Shown: positions 58,976 to 64,000 of the stretch, piece by piece
Numbering within the stretch: the first letter of the stretch is position 1
Layout: the number at the start of each line of letters is the position of its first letter
Assembly: GCA_000004695.1 (NCBI GenBank)
Contig: CM000150.2
Location: 1,664,001-1,728,000 of the forward strand
DNA length: 64,000 bases
From: Dictyostelium discoideum
Taxonomy: Eukaryota
Direction: 5' to 3'
Notes under the pieces: model-generated
Told to the model about the DNA's origin: nothing
Databases searched by the model: none
Seen by the model: the letters and a program-made list of their open reading frames with translations, nothing else
Position numbers and translations under genes: made by a program

Positions 58976-59140
58976 TCAATTGACGGAGAAAATTGTGGAC
59001 ATATCGGTGAACTATCCAAATTATCTTGACATGTACACAAAAAGATTTTTTAAAAGGTGCTTGTGTTAAAGTGTCTTTTTGTGACATGTCCAAAGAGTTT
59101 GGATAGTTAAATGGCGATATCCACAATTTTCTCCATAATT
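58976..59140. repeat. Long imperfect inverted repeat (hairpin-forming, ~65-bp arms, ~30-bp loop) in the intergenic region 3' of the AAAP transporter gene
   Basis: Left arm ...ggagaaaattgtggacatatcggtgaactatccaaattatcttgacatgtacacaaaaag is roughly 80% complementary to the right arm ctttttgtgacatgtccaaagagtttggatagttaaatggcgatatccacaattttctcc... Confidence 0.6.
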
Positions 59141-59391
59141 TTTATTTATATTTTTTTTTTTTATTTTTTTTATCTAGTTTAATCAATAAAATTTAATTAA
59201 TTTCTAAAATCTGATGTTTGTTTTTTTTTTTAATTAAATTCTGCATCTAAAATTCTTATTTCAATATGTAATGGGATCACTTGAAAATCATTTAAAAATT
59301 ACTGATCAAATTATAATTAATCATATTAATATTAATTTAATTTTAAATATTATTTTATTTTATTTTATTTTTTATTTTATTTTTTATTATT

Positions 59392-61879
59392 TTATTTATT
59401 AAATATAACTACATAAATATCATATAATACTGCAAATGTAAAATAAAAAAAGACAGGATAACGTAACATATAAACTTTTTGAGGTAATTCAGCAGGAATT
59501 GGATAATGACCATAATTATTTCTTGAATTTGTAATCATTACATACATTGCCCAACCAGCTATCATATTTAAACCAAAACTTGTGCCAGTTTCCATAATGA
59601 ATAAGAAACCTCTTGGGTTTAAAAGTGCAACCAATAGAATGAAACCAAAGAATAATGTATAGAATAAATATTCTCTAATGGGTATACGAACAATTGCTGA
59701 AGAAGTTTCCCAAGTTGATTGACCTTCTTTTGAATCAATAAAAGAATTTATTAATCTTAGTTTATCATTAAACCAAAATTTAACTTTTCTAGATTGATTA
59801 ATCGATGATTTTAGTATATTTTGTTTAGCAACTTTAAATTTTGTTGAAATTTTTGATCTATAATTTATATTACTACCACCACCACTTGTAATATGTGGAG
59901 AAGAAGGTGAAGATGTTGGATTTGAAGTTGAATGATAAAATTCATTTGTAAAATCTTCCAATTCCTCTTGATCATTTATATCATTATGAATTTGATGATG
60001 GTGGTGGTGGTGGTGGTGATGGTGTTGTTGATTATCGTCATCATCACCATCATAATCGATATCATCATTTTCATCATGATGAGAATTTGATAAACTTTTT
60101 GTTCTCCAAGTATTTGAGAAACCATCTAAAGTATGTTTAAAACCACAACCAACTGAAATGAAACTAATGGTGATTGAAAGGGAGCAGAATAAGTTTACAA
60201 CATTTGCAATCCAAAGGAATTGTGGATAATATAAACTAATGACCTTCATTAAAGGTACTGTCGCAATTTCGCCATTCTTTGCTGCATTTGCAAGTGATGG
60301 CATATTTGGATTGGCTGGGTCTGGTAATTGTGGTATGATATTCAATAAAAAATAACACCAAATAATATTCAATACATAAACTGTAAATAAGGCAGCACCC
60401 GAAACATAATAACATTTAATAATTTCTTTACGAGTGAATACAATCTTTGGAAATACAACTGGCAATGTACTACTCGCCCCGCCCAATGCAATCGTCGAAA
60501 TTAGTAATGATTTTCCAATATAAGAGAAATCATTACTAATATCATTATGAACATGATTCGATACAATACCAGTTATAAATACAATTACAACTAATAATGT
60601 ACCCTTACCAAATGTACAAAATGTAATTACATGTTGTAATGTTTTTGATCCAAAAATAATTATACCTGTTAATATAACAATAACTGGTAAAATTAAATAA
60701 TGTTGCATTGATTCATCAATTTTAAATAATAATGAATATGATTCTGTTCCTGCTAAACCATATCCAATTAAAACTGAACAACTTTAAAAAATTATAAAAA
60801 TAATAAATAATAATATTAATATAAAATTTTAAAAATACTTTGTAATTATAATTTTTTTTTTTGTAAGTTGTATACGATTATAATTACTTACAAATGTAAA
60901 AGTCCAGAAAACATAAAAATAAAATAAGAAAATCTACCCATAAATTTTGTACCAATATTATGAAGATTTGGAGTTTGGTCATGTTGAGTTGGTGGTGGTT
61001 GTTGTTGTTGTTGTAGTTGTTGTTGTTGCTGTTGTTTCTTTGTTGAAGATAACATTGGACTATCTTCAAAACTAACATTACTCTTTTGATCATTATTATT
61101 ATTTATTAATGTTGGTGGAGAAGATCTAATTGATGAATTATTAGATGATTTATTTTTATTATTATTATTATTACTATTACTATTATGATTATTTAAAGAA
61201 TCAGTTGATTCTGATAAATCATTAATTTCATAATTATTATTTGTATTATTATCATTATTATTGTTAATTATATCTGGTGATAATATACTACTTTGAGTTG
61301 GTTCAATTTTTTGTAAATCTAATGATATTGAACCATCAATATCATTATTACTACTACTATTAGAGATTGTTGGTATGGTGGTTGAAAAGTTTGATTTAAT
61401 AATTGCATAAGCTCTTTGTAAAATTTCAATCAAGAAAAACATTGATATTAGTTGCATGAAAAAACATAAAGTATATGAGGACACAAATGGTGTAAAACCA
61501 CTTTGACTTAATTTCACTGGCAATCCAAGAATACCTGTACCCAATACCGATGCTATCACTATAAAATATAAATATGCCATTACTAAAAATGGGGTTTTTT
61601 TATTTTCTTCATTCATATTTTTATCATTATCACTATCATTATTATTATTATCATTATTAATATTGGTTATTTCATTATTATTTCTATTATTTAAAATATC
61701 ACTAAAATCAATTTTATCACTGCTACCACCACCATTAATATTAATTCCACTATTATTCCTTTTTAATGTAGTTTTATTATCTTGACTTTGTAATAATTTT
61801 TTATAGCTATCTTCACCACTATTTGTTAAATTATTTTCTCCAGTAATTATTGAATTACTACCACTTATCTCTTCATTGT

Positions 61880-61912
<33 letters not shown>

Positions 61913-61922
61913 TGATATTCAT
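59392..61922 (-). CDS. Amino acid/auxin permease (AAAP, SLC36/38-like Aa_trans) transporter. 2 exons: join(61922..60892,60781..59392).
   Basis: N-rich N-terminus. The family motif FIVIASVLGTGILGLP and multiple TM segments span both exons. The junction CAT TT|GTAAGT ... tttaaag|T is phase 2 and gives ...LLHF CSVLIGYGLAG... There is a cytosolic loop with His10 (HHHHHHHHHH) encoded by (CAC/CAT)n at ~59995-60030. Confidence 0.65.
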
Positions 61923-62568
61923 TATTTATCATTTCTATTTTTTTTTTTTTTTTTTTTTTTTTTCTTTATTTTTTTCTTTTTTTTTTTTTTATTTTTTGTT
62001 TTTTTTTACAAAATTTCTTAGTTATTAATTAAATTTTAAAAAATTTTAAAAAAAAAAATAAAAAAAAGTGGTTGCAATTGTTTTGTTTTTATAAAAAAAA
62101 ATCTTTAAAACGAAAAAAAAAAAAAAAAAAAATTAAATTAAAATAATTATTTTAATTTTTCACACATGTCATTACTATAAACCAGATTAATTCTTTTTTT
62201 TTTATTTTTTTATTTTTTTATTTTTTTTATTATTTTTTTTTTTTTTTTTTTTTTTTCCAAAAACCCTACAACCTTTGTTATAATAATAATATGTTATAAT
62301 TGGTTAACTTTTTACTGTTTTATTAATTTTTCACACATATGTGGACCCCCAATACTAAAAAGTTTTGTTTTTTGACAAAATTAAAAAAATGAAAGACAAT
62401 AATTCTCAAAAAAAAAAAAAAAAAAAGAATTTTAGATCAAAAATTAATTCTAAAATTTAAATTTTAACATATAATATAAATTCTATTTTTAAATAAAAAA
62501 TAAAAATAAAAATAAAAAATGAAAAAATAAAAAAATAAAAACAAAAATAAAATAATGGGTGTGGCTGT

Positions 62569-62604
<36 letters not shown>

Positions 62605-63068
62605 TTCCAAATCAAAAAGAATCTAATTTTATACTTTTTTCTCAAAACCCAAACAAAAGAAGATTTTTTTTTTTTTTAATATTTTTTTTATTTTTTTTTT
62701 ATTTTTTTTTTATTTTTTTTTTTGACACATGTCCTCATTACAATCTTTTTCTCAATTTTTACGATAAGCAACAAAACGGTTATTTTTTTATTTTTTAAAA
62801 AGTAAAAAAAAAAAATTTTAAAATTTTTCAAAAAAACAATCCTAATTTTTGCAAATTCCGACACCCAAAAGCATATATACATAGAATTCCATTATTATTT
62901 CCTTCTCATGTAATTTTAAAAATTATTATTTAATAAACAAAAAAAAAATCAAAAAAAAGTAAATAATCAATTATAATAATAATAATAATAATTTAAATTG
63001 TAAAAATAAATAAATAAAATAAAATAAAATAATTAATAAATAATAAAAATTAAGATTTTAAATATATA

Positions 63069-64000
63069 ATGAATATTAATAATAATGGAAATGATATAAA
63101 AAATAATAATAACAATAATAATTCAAATAAATTTTCAATTAGTAAATATAATTTCGATGAAAAATTTGAAAATTTTTTTATTAAAATTACAAATGGTGGT
63201 AGAGATGAATACGGTAAACCAATGTTTTTCACACCAATGGTACCAAAAGTATTATACTTTTTATTATTTTATTTATTTGGAACTCAAAGACCATTCGTAC
63301 CAATTTATTTCCGAGAGATTGGTGTGAATCCAGAAATGCTAGGTATAATATTACTATTTCCACCATTAATATCATTCATTTTCTCACCTATTTGGTCAGG
63401 AATTGCAGACTCAAAGAATGCACATAAATTCATATTCCTATTGATGACTTTTGGAACTGGATTTTGTTTTTTCCTATTAAATTTCGTGGAAAATCATATT
63501 ATAGCAACGATTGTAGTATTGGTGAATGCAATATTTTGGGCACCAATAATCCCATTAGCAGATTCAACATGTTATAAAATTTTAGGTACCCAATTCAAAG
63601 AACTATATGGTAAACAAAGAATGTATGGTAGTATTGGTTTCTCAATATCAGCAATCCTAACAGGCACCCTAATAAATTACTATGATACAGTTAATGTAGC
63701 TTGGATTAATTACCCCATCGGCTCAACACTCTTATTCATCTTTACCCTATTCTTTTTCAACACAAAACAAATTTCAAACCAATTTGAAATATTAAATAGT
63801 AAATCAGATGAACAAGATGATGATGACCAAGATGATGAAATTAAAAATAATTATATTGAAACTGAAGGAAAACAAGAAGTTCAAGTTCAAGATGTTGTTG
63901 GTGTTGTTGTTGTTGATGATGTTGATGATGGTGATGGTGATGGTCTAATTGAAAAAGAAAATAAAATGAAAATTTCATTTTTAAAAGGTGTATTAATTTT
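63069..64000 (+). CDS. MFS transporter, MFS_1_like/MFSD6-like, 3'-truncated by the window end (first ~310 codons)
   Basis: Absent from the ORF track because no stop is reached. The ATG at 63069 (MNINNNGNDIKNNNNNNNSNKF...) leads to TM segments. The MFSD6-type motif is VLYFLLFYLFGTQRPFVPIYFREIGVNPEMLGIILLFPPLISFIFSPIWSGIADS. An acidic D/G/V-rich loop precedes the window end. Confidence 0.55.
   Translation, partial: MNINNNGNDIKNNNNNNNSNKFSISKYNFDEKFENFFIKITNGGRDEYGKPMFFTPMVPKVLYFLLFYLFGTQRPFVPIYFREIGVNPEMLGIILLFPPLISFIFSPIWSGIADSKNAHKFIFLLMTFGTGFCFFLLNFVENHIIATIVVLVNAIFWAPIIPLADSTCYKILGTQFKELYGKQRMYGSIGFSISAILTGTLINYYDTVNVAWINYPIGSTLLFIFTLFFFNTKQISNQFEILNSKSDEQDDDDQDDEIKNNYIETEGKQEVQVQDVVGVVVVDDVDDGDGDGLIEKENKMKISFLKGVLI

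Overview
This window reads as nuclear DNA of a dictyostelid social amoeba (Dictyostelium discoideum-like), not a prokaryote. By eye GC is very low, and intergenic regions and introns are almost pure A/T with long homopolymer runs. Coding regions carry AAT/CAA/CAT trinucleotide-repeat tracts encoding poly-N, poly-Q and poly-His. Introns are short with GTAAGT/GTATGT/GTAAAT donors and AG acceptors. The supplied six-frame ORF track is prokaryote-style (TTG/GTG starts, no splicing), so I rebuilt exon structures by hand. I support about 25 protein-coding genes; roughly 14 of them are spliced.

The genes I can name with some confidence are:
- a TVP38/DedA-family membrane protein;
- a large ankyrin-repeat protein;
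- a dynamin-like GTPase;
- an endonuclease/exonuclease/phosphatase (EEP) family protein;
- a GT14 glycosyltransferase with an EGF-like domain;
- an NmrA-like NAD(P)-binding protein;
- a GOLGA7/Erf4-like protein;
- enolase;
- a four-exon FANCD2 homologue;
- a purple acid phosphatase;
- a DDT/WHIM chromatin protein;
- an AAAP amino-acid transporter with a His10 tract;
- a 3'-truncated MFS transporter at the window end.

RNA genes are an intron-containing tRNA-Tyr(GUA) with a truncated duplicate of its 5' part upstream, and a tRNA-Thr(AGU). Both have downstream external-B-box-like motifs and T-run terminators.

Immediately downstream of tRNA-Thr lies a degenerate TRE3-like (tRNA-gene-targeted, 3'-inserting) non-LTR retrotransposon. 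It has ORF1, then APE, RT and zinc-finger parts broken by frameshifts and stops, a 73-bp internal duplication, and a (GGGGACA)n G-quadruplex-type motif near its 3' end.

Other points worth a second look:
- a short DEAH-box helicase paralogue that has lost its catalytic motifs and its RecA2 domain;
- a convergent pair of HssA/2C/7E-family mini-genes;
- a ~165-bp imperfect inverted repeat (hairpin);
- a duplicated ~60-bp element, a 21-bp minisatellite and a probable degenerate transposon remnant at the left edge.

There is no prokaryotic defence island, operon structure or CRISPR array. All product calls rest on motif recognition from memory, without database searches.
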